Origin: Polynucleobacter sp. | GTDB taxonomy: Bacteria; Pseudomonadota; Gammaproteobacteria; Burkholderiales; Burkholderiaceae | DNA: 43,991 bases | Direction: 5' to 3' | Assembly: GCA_044338365.1 (NCBI GenBank) | Contig: JBIILR010000001.1 | Location: forward strand, 1-43,991 | In this document: in pieces, positions 19,523 to 29,304 of the stretch | How the letters are laid out: each line of letters starts with the position of its first letter | Numbering within the stretch: position 1 is the first letter of the stretch | Program-made: the position numbers and the translations under genes | Notes under the pieces: generated by a model | What the model was told of the DNA's origin: nothing | Databases searched by the model: none | What the model saw: the letters and a program-made list of their open reading frames with translations, nothing else

Positions 19523-20126
19523 TTATGGCGTGGGTAATATTGGATCGATTATGAACATGATCCGAAAAGTTGGGGGCAATGCAAAAATCGGGGTAAACAT
19601 CGATGATATTGCACGTGCTGACATGTTAATTCTGCCGGGAGTTGGAGCTTTTGATTCTGGAATCAATCACCTGCGCGCTTCAGGGCTTGTCGATGTACTA
19701 AATCAGCGCGTGCTTGATGACAAGGTGCCTGTACTCGGGATATGCCTTGGAGCACAATTGATGACTCAATCGAGCGAGGAAGGCGTCGAGAAGGGGCTAG
19801 GTTGGCTCGATGCCCTGACCATACGTATGAATTTCACTGATGTCCCTGGTAAATGGCCTTTGCCTAATGTTGGATGGCGCAATGTGATTTCCAAAAATGG
19901 TTACACCATGTTGGATGGAATTGACGAGATGCCTCGCTTTTACTTCGTCCACTCTTATTATCTTGCGCCAAATGATCCCGATATCGTCTCAATGAAGACG
20001 CACTATGGTTTCGATTTTGCTTGTGGCCTGCGCAAGGACAACATACACTGCGCCCAGTTTCACCCAGAAAAAAGTCACGCATTCGGAATGCAGTTTTTTC
20101 AAAATTTTCTGAGAACTTATTCTTAA
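19506..20126 (+). CDS. hisH: HisH-like glutamine amidotransferase subunit (polysaccharide-cluster paralogue)
   Basis: IIDYGVGN, LPGVGAF, LGICLGAQL, FYFVHSY, QFHPEKSH. Confidence 0.9.
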   Translation: MPVIIDYGVGNIGSIMNMIRKVGGNAKIGVNIDDIARADMLILPGVGAFDSGINHLRASGLVDVLNQRVLDDKVPVLGICLGAQLMTQSSEEGVEKGLGWLDALTIRMNFTDVPGKWPLPNVGWRNVISKNGYTMLDGIDEMPRFYFVHSYYLAPNDPDIVSMKTHYGFDFACGLRKDNIHCAQFHPEKSHAFGMQFFQNFLRTYS

Positions 20127-20878
20127 TGCGTCATCGCATCATCCCTGTTCTATTGCTTAAGGATGGCGGTCTTTACAAAACCCGAAAGTTTTGCAAAGAA
20201 ACTTATCTTGGCGATCCGGTTAATACAATCAAAATCTTCAATGACAAGCTTGTGGATGAGCTTATTTTTCTTGACATCGCTGCAGCGAGGCGCAATTCAA
20301 AGCCGAACATCGAGATGCTCAAGGAAATCGCCGGAGAATGCTTCATGCCACTTGCTTATGGTGGGGGCATTATCTCAGTAGATCAGGCGCGGGAAATCCT
20401 AGCCATCGGGTTCGAGAAAATCGTTGTAAATTCCGCCGCTTGGACCGACCCCGACTTGGTGCCATCGCTTGCTCAGGTATTCGGTAGCTCCACCGTCGTC
20501 GGTTCGATCGATGTTAAGAAGGACTGGTTAGACCGCGAAAAAGTTTTCATCCGCGGCGGCACCAATGCGATTTCAATGGGCCCTGTCGAGTGGGCACAAG
20601 AGCTAGAAAAGCGCGGTGTTGGCGAGATCATGATCAACTCGATCGACAGAGATGGTGAAATGACGGGTTATGACCTAAACTTAATTAAGCGCATTGCTGA
20701 TGCCGTTACGATCCCAGTAATTGCTGTTGGGGGCGCGCGCAACGTAGATGACCTAAGATCTGCAATTTCAAATGCGGGCGCCTCCGCTTCAGCGGCAGGG
20801 GCAATGTTCGTCTTCCAGGGCAAGCATCGTGCAGTGCTGATTAGCTATCCAGGCCGGAATGAGCGGCAACTAATTTAG
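20126..20878 (+). CDS. hisF: HisF-like cyclase subunit (HisF2/AglZ-type acetamidino modification protein)
   Basis: Start placed at ATG 20126 (TAATG overlap). RIIPVLL, YLGDPVN, ECFMPLAYGGG, SIDRDG..GYD, C-terminal FQGKHRAVLISY typical of LPS-cluster HisF. Confidence 0.88.
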   Translation: MRHRIIPVLLLKDGGLYKTRKFCKETYLGDPVNTIKIFNDKLVDELIFLDIAAARRNSKPNIEMLKEIAGECFMPLAYGGGIISVDQAREILAIGFEKIVVNSAAWTDPDLVPSLAQVFGSSTVVGSIDVKKDWLDREKVFIRGGTNAISMGPVEWAQELEKRGVGEIMINSIDRDGEMTGYDLNLIKRIADAVTIPVIAVGGARNVDDLRSAISNAGASASAAGAMFVFQGKHRAVLISYPGRNERQLI

Positions 20879-20889
20879 CGGCCCAGCTC

Positions 20890-22185
20890 ATGCTAAGCGC
20901 CTTGCGCAATTACATTTACCTAATTTTCAAACCATTCACCCGGGCTCATACGATGTTCGTGAGCAGCTCTGCGCTGGTAATGGTGTTCCCGATGATCAGC
21001 GCACCTATTGTAGCGCGCCTTTACACGCCAGAAGATTTCGGTGTTTATGCCGTCTTCTTTGCACTGGCAACAATCCTTTCGGCAACTTCCTCACTTGAGC
21101 TGCGCAACATTGCACTTCTGGAGGTCGATAGCACAGATGCCGCACACGGGGCTATCTTGGCCCTAAGTGTTGTAGTGGCCTTTTGTCTCGCGCTTTTGGC
21201 CCTTGTCCTTGCGGTTCCGGATGTGTGGATTGCGTATCTCTTTGGGGTGAATGTCCTGCCTTATCTAGCATGGCTGCCTGCGACGGTGTTGCTGATGGGG
21301 GCATCACAGGTCCTTTATACCTGGGCGACCCGCCAGAAGGAATACAAGATCCTCGCACGTAACAAGTTCATACTGGGACTATCTACGATGCTCCTTCAGA
21401 TCGGGATTGGATTAGTCGATCCAGGGGCAGTTGGTTTCATCATCGCCAATCTATTTGGCTTGGTGTTGGCCTTTGCCCTATTGATGCCACTTTTTATAAA
21501 GACCTTACGCTTCTTGCGACCAGATTTTACATTCGGCTCTGCTGCAAAGCAATTTCTCCGCTACTACAGGCTGACAACCTGGACAATGCCCGGTTCGCTC
21601 ATCAATTCCCTTAGCCAGTTTCTCCCCGATCTGCTGATTAACCGGCTCTTCGGTGCCGCCCTGCTGGGTCAATATTCATTGGCCATGCGGATGCTTAGTA
21701 TGCCGATTGCGTTTCTCTCGGTCGGCATTCAGGACTTCTTTCGCCAACAGGCCTCCGCGGAGTTCAATAATTATGGACATTGTAAATCCAGCTTCTGGCG
21801 TTTCATGGTGCTGACCATCGCCGTAGCCCTGTTCATTATCCTTCCGATTATCTTGTGGATCCCATATATCTTCCCGGTTATTTTCGGATCACAATGGACT
21901 GAGTCTGGCACATTGATACAGGCTTTGGTTTTCTTGACAATTTTACGATTCATTTCATCACCTATAAGCTATGTCTGGATCATCCAGGGGAAGCAGCGTT
22001 TGGACTTTTTATGGCAGCTTGGTCTTTTGGGTCTCAGTAGCGGAACTTTGTTCCTGCCGCCGTTCCTGGTTGCAGAGATCACTCTCTATTCAACCCTTTG
22101 GGTATATAGCCTAGTCGTAGGTACGTGGTATATGTTTGCCATTTACGTTTCCTATCGCCTCTGCGGCTCTAAGCGCCCAAATTAA
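20890..22185 (+). CDS. wzx: Wzx flippase
   Basis: 431 aa polytopic. PIVARLYTPEDFGVYAVF, GQYSLAMRM..P, IFGSQWTESG. Confidence 0.85.
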   Translation: MLSALRNYIYLIFKPFTRAHTMFVSSSALVMVFPMISAPIVARLYTPEDFGVYAVFFALATILSATSSLELRNIALLEVDSTDAAHGAILALSVVVAFCLALLALVLAVPDVWIAYLFGVNVLPYLAWLPATVLLMGASQVLYTWATRQKEYKILARNKFILGLSTMLLQIGIGLVDPGAVGFIIANLFGLVLAFALLMPLFIKTLRFLRPDFTFGSAAKQFLRYYRLTTWTMPGSLINSLSQFLPDLLINRLFGAALLGQYSLAMRMLSMPIAFLSVGIQDFFRQQASAEFNNYGHCKSSFWRFMVLTIAVALFIILPIILWIPYIFPVIFGSQWTESGTLIQALVFLTILRFISSPISYVWIIQGKQRLDFLWQLGLLGLSSGTLFLPPFLVAEITLYSTLWVYSLVVGTWYMFAIYVSYRLCGSKRPN

Positions 22186-22245
22186 ATACATCACCATACA
22201 TTAATGTATTAATATTACATTTTCAATATAAGCGTAATAATACCA

Positions 22246-23421
22246 TTGAATTATCTAAACAATCCCTATACCGAGATACTTCATAAACATCCACATCAGG
22301 AGTGCGTTCGCTGCGTTATGGATACCTCAGACCCCTGGATTACTTTTAACGATATAGGGGTCTGCAATCATTGCCAAAAGTATGAATCCTCCATAGCAAA
22401 AATAGGCTCCTCTGAGAATCGAAATCTGAGGTTGAATCAAATGGTTGCACGACTCAAGGCGCGCGGCAAAGGCAAGGATTATGACTGCATCATGGGATTG
22501 TCGGGCGGTGTTGATAGTTCATATTTGGCTTGGTTCGCCGTCAAGCAACTAGGTCTGCGCCCATTGGTTGTCCATGTCGATACGGGCTGGAACTCCGAAC
22601 TAGCAGTCAACAACATCCAAAATATCGTGCAGCGTTTGAAATTGGATATGCACACGCTAGTCATCAACTGGCCAGAAATCCGGGACCTCCAGCGCGCTTA
22701 TTTTCGATCGAGCATAGCTAATTTGGACGTTCCTCAAGATCACGCCTTCTTAGCGGCGCTTTATAGTGAAGCACGAAAATATGGAATTAAGGATATTCTT
22801 AACGGTGGAAATATCCAGACGGAATCAATTCTGCCGAGCGCTTGGGGCTATGATGCATCGGACGCCATTTCGCTTAGGGCCATCCACAAGAAATTCGGGA
22901 TTGTGAAGTTGAAGCACTACCCGATAATCAGCATGTTCGAGAGATATTTTTACTATCCATTCATACTAAAGATGCGAGTGCACCGACCACTTGATTTGAT
23001 CGACTACAGCAAAGACGAAGCTAAGAGGCTGCTAATTGACGAACTTGGTTGGCGCGACTATGGTGGCAAGCACTATGAATCCATTTTTACTAAGTTCTTC
23101 CAGGCACACTATCTGCCAACTAAATTCGGCTACGATAAACGACTAGCCCATTATGCAAGTCTGATCGTGTCGTCTCAAATGACTAAAGCACAGGCTAAGT
23201 CCGAATTGCAAAAGCCACTTTACAACCCGCAAGCACTAGAAGAAGACAAAATTTTTTGGATCAAGAAGTTGCTTATTACAGAAGAAGAGTATGAGCGCGT
23301 TATGGCAAAAAAACCTATATCCTACAAAAGTTTTCCTAACAACGAACATACTTTGTCTTTTTTGAGGAAAGTGGTACGCCTCACAGCACGAGGTTATAAA
23401 TTCATTCAATCACGTAACTGA
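22246..23421 (+). CDS. wbpG: N-acetyl sugar amidotransferase (WbpG-like)
   Basis: CVRCVMD..CNHC, PP-loop YDCIMGLSGGVDSS, HVDTGWNSE, GGKHYES, KFGYDKR. TTG start. Confidence 0.88.
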   Translation: MNYLNNPYTEILHKHPHQECVRCVMDTSDPWITFNDIGVCNHCQKYESSIAKIGSSENRNLRLNQMVARLKARGKGKDYDCIMGLSGGVDSSYLAWFAVKQLGLRPLVVHVDTGWNSELAVNNIQNIVQRLKLDMHTLVINWPEIRDLQRAYFRSSIANLDVPQDHAFLAALYSEARKYGIKDILNGGNIQTESILPSAWGYDASDAISLRAIHKKFGIVKLKHYPIISMFERYFYYPFILKMRVHRPLDLIDYSKDEAKRLLIDELGWRDYGGKHYESIFTKFFQAHYLPTKFGYDKRLAHYASLIVSSQMTKAQAKSELQKPLYNPQALEEDKIFWIKKLLITEEEYERVMAKKPISYKSFPNNEHTLSFLRKVVRLTARGYKFIQSRN

Positions 23422-23436
23422 TCGCTGGCCGGTATC

Positions 23437-24627
23437 ATGACAAATTTTACACTTCATATTTTTTTGTCATCGATCGAAAACGAAACACGACTTTTCAAGG
23501 AGGCCGCATATACACTTTCGAATAGTATATGCGCTCGGGTCGTGGTTTTAGGTTTATGGAATAAAGGGCTGCCGATTCGGGAGACTACCAAATATGGACT
23601 TGAAATACTTCGGTTGCAAACGATGGCTAAGCGCCGGCAGAAATCTATTTTGTTGCACCGTTTCATGCTCTTTCGAAGGATCGTCGCCTTGCTCAGCCTA
23701 ATCCAATATATGTTAGCAAGTATCATCGAAGCCTGGCGTCTGCGTCCTGATCATGTCTGCTGTCATAATGCCATCATGCTCCCTGCTGCATGGGCTGCAG
23801 CGAAATTTTCCAATGCTACGTTAGAATATTTGCCGCATGAGCTTGAAACTCATCGTAATGGCCTAACTGGGATAAACAGGAAGATCACTATTTTTGTCGA
23901 GCGAAAGTTTATCTACTCGGCCCGGAACGTTATCGTTGTTTGTGATCCGATTAAGAAATGGTATGAGGATGCCTATGGACTTGCTAATGTGCAGGTAGTT
24001 CGCAATGTACCCGAAAAAGTTGCGACTCAGATCCGACCAATCCCTGAAGGTAGCTTCCGTGAACGCTTTGATATACCTAATAGCGCAAAAGTATTCATTT
24101 ATCAGGGATTGTTAAGCGAAGGCCGCGGTATCGAGGTATTGATTGATGCGTTTACCCAACTTGCACCAGAGAAATGCCATCTTGTGCTGATGGGCTACGG
24201 CGATATCCGCTATCAAGCCTTAGTTGATCGGGCTGCAATCAGTCATGCGAATATCCATTACCACCCCCCGGTAGCCCGCGAGTGGATCATATCCTATTCG
24301 GCGAGTGCAGATATCGGAATTTTTATATCTGAACGTGCATCATTAAGCTACCGTTATGCATTGCCGAATAAATTCTTTGAATGGGCTCATGCCGGGCTGC
24401 CGGTCCTAGTAAGCGATAATCTGAAATACCAAGCGCAGCTGGTACGCCAAGGCGGATTTGGCTGGGCAGCTCCGCTTGACGAATTGACATCGATGATTCA
24501 CTGGATTTGTGAAATCGACCATGCTCCTTTTGCCAAAAATGCTCGTCGCTATGCTTTACCAGCGGTTTGGGAAGAGGAGGCCAAGATTTTTTCGGATGTT
24601 TATCAAAACAATCAATTAGTGAATTGA
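23437..24627 (+). CDS. glycosyltransferase (GT4-like)
   Basis: ENETRLFKE, PHELE, IYQGLLSEGRG, YALPNKFFEWAHAGLPV. Confidence 0.82.
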   Translation: MTNFTLHIFLSSIENETRLFKEAAYTLSNSICARVVVLGLWNKGLPIRETTKYGLEILRLQTMAKRRQKSILLHRFMLFRRIVALLSLIQYMLASIIEAWRLRPDHVCCHNAIMLPAAWAAAKFSNATLEYLPHELETHRNGLTGINRKITIFVERKFIYSARNVIVVCDPIKKWYEDAYGLANVQVVRNVPEKVATQIRPIPEGSFRERFDIPNSAKVFIYQGLLSEGRGIEVLIDAFTQLAPEKCHLVLMGYGDIRYQALVDRAAISHANIHYHPPVAREWIISYSASADIGIFISERASLSYRYALPNKFFEWAHAGLPVLVSDNLKYQAQLVRQGGFGWAAPLDELTSMIHWICEIDHAPFAKNARRYALPAVWEEEAKIFSDVYQNNQLVN

Positions 24628-24900
24628 CTCCTTCCCAAAAAGTACTGGGCTTCCAACTAAAGTAAGGTTGCTTTCAAATCCTTTTATAATGAGGAAGATA
24701 GTAAGTAAAAAATCCCGACATACTGAAAACATTTAACTTATGCCGCTTTGTCAAACGGACAGTGGAACTGTTATTGAGGACATCTACCGTAATCTGGGGA
24801 TTACCTAAGTCGCCTCCTTCACCTCGAAGAGGAATTACTCTTACGCGAATTAACCCAAATATTTCCACTAGATAACACTTTCATAAGCATCTGTAAAAAT
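24625..24900 (+). mobile_element. degenerate IS3-family (IS407-like) left end and orfA remnant
   Basis: Starts TGACTCCTTCCCAAAAAGTACTG (IS3-like TG terminus), has a GAGGA SD, then across frameshifts reads KKSRHTENI / QTDSGTVIEDIYRNLGIT / LSRLLHLEEE. This resembles IS3 OrfA (KKSR.TEEQI..QAE.GT.V.EVCRK.GI..LRRLRQLEEE) as recalled, not as searched. Confidence 0.5.
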
Positions 24901-24939
24901 GGTGAAATTTATAACTAGTTATATCAAGATATATTCCTA

Positions 24940-26061
24940 ATGCATATTATTCATATTACATCTGTCCACGCCCGAAATGATTCGAGAATTTTTTACAAGA
25001 TGTGCCGCTCATTGGCTAATAAAAATATTCAAGTTTCACTTATTGTAGCCGATGGAAAATCTAACGAAATAAGAGATGGTGTACAGATTTATGATGTCGG
25101 AGTATTTGATAGTCGCGTAGACCGAATAAAAAATGCTCCAAAGCGTGTGCTGAAGAAAGCACTGACGGTTCAGGCTGATTTATATCACTTGCATGATCCT
25201 GAGTTGATTCCTATTGGCCTCAAACTCAAACAAATGGGCAGGCAAGTGGTCTTCGATTCTCATGAAGATGTGCCTAAGCAAATGTTAACCAAGCCATATT
25301 TAAATTATCCCATGCTTAGGATCATATCTACAATTTTTGGTTTATACGAGAACTACGCATGCCATAAGCTTGATGGTGTAATTGCAGCTACGCCATTCAT
25401 AAGGGATAAATTTCTTAAAATTAACCAAAACACAATCGATATCAATAATTTTCCATTGCTGGATGAATTGAGTAGTGACATATCTTGGTCACAAAAGCGT
25501 AATGAAATTTGCTATGTGGGAGGCCTTAGCCGTATACGTGGAATTCTAGAAATAGTACAAGCTATGAGCCATACGCAGAGCTATGTTCGGCTTAATCTGT
25601 GTGGTCGTTTTTTGGAGCCAGAATTCGAAGATATCTGTAAGAAATTGTCGGGCTGGCAGAAAATTAATGCTTTAGGCTTTCTTGGCAGACAAGGTGTATC
25701 TGAAGTTTTAGAACGTTCCATGGCGGGGCTAGTAACGTTGCATCCAACCATAAATTATCTTGATTCCCTCCCTGTAAAAATGTTTGAATACATGGCAGCT
25801 GGCATTCCAGTCATTGCTTCTGATTTCCCCCTTTGGCGAGAAATTATTGCTGGCAACGATTGTGGCTTGCTAGTCGACCCTCTTAACTCTCAGGCTATAG
25901 CAGATGCAATTGATTACTTGATTCAAAACCCCAAAGAGGCAGAACGATTGGGGGGGAATGGCCGTAAAGCTGTACTTGAAAAGTACAACTGGCCAATAGA
26001 GGAAAAAAAATTACTTAGTTTTTATTCCATGATCTTATCTGGTAAAACCCCTACAACTTAA
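24940..26061 (+). CDS. glycosyltransferase family 4 (WbpH-like)
   Basis: HITSVHARNDSRIF, HLHDPEL, FDSHED, LPVKMFEYMAAGIPVIASDFP. Confidence 0.88.
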   Translation: MHIIHITSVHARNDSRIFYKMCRSLANKNIQVSLIVADGKSNEIRDGVQIYDVGVFDSRVDRIKNAPKRVLKKALTVQADLYHLHDPELIPIGLKLKQMGRQVVFDSHEDVPKQMLTKPYLNYPMLRIISTIFGLYENYACHKLDGVIAATPFIRDKFLKINQNTIDINNFPLLDELSSDISWSQKRNEICYVGGLSRIRGILEIVQAMSHTQSYVRLNLCGRFLEPEFEDICKKLSGWQKINALGFLGRQGVSEVLERSMAGLVTLHPTINYLDSLPVKMFEYMAAGIPVIASDFPLWREIIAGNDCGLLVDPLNSQAIADAIDYLIQNPKEAERLGGNGRKAVLEKYNWPIEEKKLLSFYSMILSGKTPTT

Positions 26062-26062
26062 T

Positions 26063-27154
26063 ATGAAGAAAATTCTTACTGTTTTGGGAGCGCGCCCACA
26101 ATTTATCAAGGCCAGCGTGGTTTCACATGCTATAGCGCAGATGCCGACTTTGAGGGAAGTGGTAGTCCATACTGGCCAGCACTTTGATGCAAATATGTCA
26201 GACATTTTCTTTACTGAATTAGGTATTTCAAAGCCGGATTATTTCTTAGACATTCACGGCGGCAACCATGGCGAAATGACTGGACGCATGCTTTCTGAAA
26301 TTGAGCGCATTCTTTTAGTTGAGAAGCCTGATTTAGTGCTTGTATATGGTGATACAAACTCAACCCTTGCTGGCGCATTGGCTGCCGCAAAGCTACATAT
26401 CCCAGTAGCGCATATTGAGGCTGGACTAAGAAGTTTCAATATGAAAATGCCCGAGGAAATCAACCGAATCCTAACTGATCGAGTCTCTAAATGGCTTTTT
26501 ACTCCTAATGCAGTATCTGTAGCCAATCTTTGTCGGGAAGGCTTTGCAGGCAGTCAAATTATCCCTGTGGGTGATGTGATGTTTGACGTAGCCCTTCACT
26601 TTGGATCTCGTGTTTCTGAGCTCGGCGGTGCTCTACATAAATTGGGTTTACTGCCAAAAAAATATATTTTGGCAACCATACATAGAGCTGAAAATACCGA
26701 CAATCATCAAAGATTGCTGGTCATAGTTGATGCCTTATTAGAAGTCGCTAGATCAATTCCTGTGGTTTGGCCAATTCACCCCCGCACCAGGGCGATTCTA
26801 GATCATTTAGGCATTACATCTCGAGTTATTCAAAGTTTGATGTTAATCAATCCTGTCGGCTATTTAGATATGGTTCAGCTCGAAAAATATTCCGTATTAA
26901 TTGCGACAGACTCGGGTGGTGTTCAAAAAGAGGCATTCTTTTATCGGGTTCCCTGTGTCACTTTAAGAGATGAAACCGAATGGGTTGAGTTAGTAGAGTC
27001 TAGTTGGAACGTGCTTGCCCCACCATTAATTCATCAAGAACTTGTAGATGCGATTCTTACTAGGGTGGACAGCCAAGGTAAGGATATATCCCCCTACGGA
27101 AATGGAAATGCCTCTAAGCTAATTGTAGATACACTTCATTGTGACTTACATTAA
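26063..27154 (+). CDS. wbpI: non-hydrolysing UDP-GlcNAc(3NAc)A 2-epimerase (WbpI/WlbD/WecB family)
   Basis: GARPQFIK, HTGQHFD, VYGDTNSTL, HIEAGLRS, MPEEINR, TDSGGVQKEA. Context with wbpABDE. Confidence 0.88.
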   Translation: MKKILTVLGARPQFIKASVVSHAIAQMPTLREVVVHTGQHFDANMSDIFFTELGISKPDYFLDIHGGNHGEMTGRMLSEIERILLVEKPDLVLVYGDTNSTLAGALAAAKLHIPVAHIEAGLRSFNMKMPEEINRILTDRVSKWLFTPNAVSVANLCREGFAGSQIIPVGDVMFDVALHFGSRVSELGGALHKLGLLPKKYILATIHRAENTDNHQRLLVIVDALLEVARSIPVVWPIHPRTRAILDHLGITSRVIQSLMLINPVGYLDMVQLEKYSVLIATDSGGVQKEAFFYRVPCVTLRDETEWVELVESSWNVLAPPLIHQELVDAILTRVDSQGKDISPYGNGNASKLIVDTLHCDLH

Positions 27155-28389
27155 TGAAGCACGTTTGGATTCTCAATCATTATGCACAGCAACCATCTGC
27201 GGCTGGAGGCACCCGTCATTTTCACTTAGCTGAATACTTAAAAGACTATGGCTGGAGCGCAAGTATTATTGCGGCAAGTGTTGAGCATCAGACAGGCATT
27301 CAAAGATTGCGAAGTGATGAGAATTATCGAATCGAAGTCCATAAAGATATCACCTTTTTGTGGTTAAGAACGCCTGCTTATAGTGGAAATAAATTTCGGC
27401 GAGTGCTAAATATTGCCGCATATTTTTTCCAGGCACTTCGACCATCGCGCACTAAAAAATTATCCATTCCCAATGCCATTATCGGCTCAAGCGTACATCC
27501 CTTGGCTGCTTTAGCAGGGATGATTTTATCTAGAAAGCTTGGGGTGCCATTTATATTCGAGGTTCGTGATTTGTGGCCACAGACTCTGATTGATATGGGG
27601 CGACTAAAGGAGTCATCTATCTTAACTTGGATTTTACGCAAGATGGAGTTGTATCTTTATAGGCAGGCAGCGCGAGTGGTGGTTCTTTTGCCTAGTGCCT
27701 GGGAGTATATTGTGCCACTTGGTATTTCGAAGCAGAAGATCATTTGGATACCTAACGGTGTTGATCTGTCTATGTTTACCCAGACTCCTGATCCAATACA
27801 TTCTGATGACTTTACTTTGATGTATTTTGGTGCGCATGGCCACGCAAATGGATTGTGGGATATTTTACAAGCCATGAGTTTTGTTCAGCAGTCGTCCAAT
27901 GGTGCGAAGATTAATTTACGCCTAATTGGTGAAGGATCACTTAAGCCTTTATTAATTGCTGAGTCACTTAAATTGGGTTTGAAGAATATTTTTTTTGAGT
28001 CTTCGGTACCTAAAAATGAAATATCAGCATTAGCCTCTAAGGCAGATGCTTTTGTATTGTCAGTAATTGATTTACCTAATCTTTATAAATACGGTATTAG
28101 TATGAATAAGATGTTTGATTATCTTGCGGCATCCCGACCGATCCTAATAGCATCTAATGCCATTAATAATCCTGTTGCAGATGCTCATGCTGGAATTACC
28201 GTTGCCCCAGGTAATCCGCAGGCGCTAGCTGAGGCTATTCTAAAAATTGCCTCTACCTCGCTTGAAGAGCGTATTCGAATGGGTCGTGCAGGGCGAGATT
28301 ACGTAAAAAAGAACCATGATTTTGTGCAATTGTCTGCAAAACTTGCAACGGTCTTAAATGAGGTTTGCGCTGAGGTAGATAATAAATGA
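27154..28389 (+). CDS. glycosyltransferase family 4 (WbuB/WlbE-like)
   Basis: WILNHYA, GGTRH, FEVRDLWP, YFGAHGHANG, GISMNKMFDYLAA. Confidence 0.87.
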   Translation: MKHVWILNHYAQQPSAAGGTRHFHLAEYLKDYGWSASIIAASVEHQTGIQRLRSDENYRIEVHKDITFLWLRTPAYSGNKFRRVLNIAAYFFQALRPSRTKKLSIPNAIIGSSVHPLAALAGMILSRKLGVPFIFEVRDLWPQTLIDMGRLKESSILTWILRKMELYLYRQAARVVVLLPSAWEYIVPLGISKQKIIWIPNGVDLSMFTQTPDPIHSDDFTLMYFGAHGHANGLWDILQAMSFVQQSSNGAKINLRLIGEGSLKPLLIAESLKLGLKNIFFESSVPKNEISALASKADAFVLSVIDLPNLYKYGISMNKMFDYLAASRPILIASNAINNPVADAHAGITVAPGNPQALAEAILKIASTSLEERIRMGRAGRDYVKKNHDFVQLSAKLATVLNEVCAEVDNK

Positions 28390-28442
28390 TATTACTTAAC
28401 TTGATGTTAGCTTGTGCATTTAATTAATTTTTTTGATTAGCC

Positions 28443-29051
28443 ATGAAACGCTTCTTTGATATACTTGTAGCTTCAGCTAGCCTCATTGTGCTCGCATTAC
28501 CCTTACTTCTTTTAGCGATCTTAGTTCGTTTGAAGCTCGGCTCACCTATTTTTTTCAAGCAAATCCGTCCAGGCCTTGATGCAAAGCCATTTGAAATGAT
28601 CAAATTTAGAACGATGATTGATGCCTATGCTGCTAATGGTGCATTATTACCAGACTCAGAGCGTCTTACTTCGTTTGGATCTTTCCTTCGCTCTTCCAGC
28701 TTAGATGAGATTCCTGAGCTCTGGAATGTTCTAAAAGGGGATATGAGTCTAGTTGGCCCTCGTCCACTGCTAATGGAGTATTTATCTCTTTATTCATCAA
28801 CCCAGTCTCGTCGCCATGAGGTTCGCCCTGGCATCACTGGCTGGGCACAGGTCAATGGCCGAAATGCATTAAGCTGGGATGAGAAGTTTGCACTCGATGT
28901 TTGGTATGTCGATAACCGCTCTTTTTGGCTAGATATTAAAATCTTGTTTATGACAGTTAAAAAAGTATTACTACGTGAAGGCATTAGTGGCATAGGCGAG
29001 GCAACCATGAGTAAATTTACTGGGTCAAAAGCAATCGATAGCGATAATTAA
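28443..29051 (+). CDS. initiating monotopic phosphoglycosyl transferase (PglC/WlbG-like)
   Basis: MKRFFDI, KFRTM, LRSSSLDEIPELWNVLKGDMSLVGPRP, RPGITGWAQVNGRN. Confidence 0.92.
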   Translation: MKRFFDILVASASLIVLALPLLLLAILVRLKLGSPIFFKQIRPGLDAKPFEMIKFRTMIDAYAANGALLPDSERLTSFGSFLRSSSLDEIPELWNVLKGDMSLVGPRPLLMEYLSLYSSTQSRRHEVRPGITGWAQVNGRNALSWDEKFALDVWYVDNRSFWLDIKILFMTVKKVLLREGISGIGEATMSKFTGSKAIDSDN

Positions 29052-29304
29052 TATAGCTAGTACCATACCCAAAATGTTGATATTAGTACATTTTCTATTA
29101 AGGTAATTAACTAAGAAGAATTGCAATCTGCCTTGGGCGTTTTTAGGCAAAACGCTTTAAGAGATAATTGCTCTTTTAGCCTAAGGTGCAAAGATTAGGG
29201 AAATACGGTTTTAATACAAGTAGAAAATCAACTTTGGAAATGACTAAGTTTTAAAAGGTATTACACAAGCATCGGATAGCACCGAAGTAGTAAGTGAGGA
29301 TGTC

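Noticed and set aside
19506-20878. hisH/hisF as histidine biosynthesis genes
   Set aside because: No other his genes are nearby. Context with wbpG and the HisF C-terminus point to polysaccharide-modifying paralogues.
24674-24868. 64-aa minus-strand ORF
   Set aside because: It is antisense to the better-supported IS3 orfA relic.
25950-27996. Homopolymers in glycosyltransferase genes (G7 25950-25956, A8 26003-26010, T8 27989-27996)
   Set aside because: Short and expected in AT-rich DNA. All frames are intact, so there is no evidence of phase variation.
29240-29304. Possible relic of a PglD-like acetyltransferase start after the phosphoglycosyl transferase
   Set aside because: Similarity is too faint to distinguish from random sequence.
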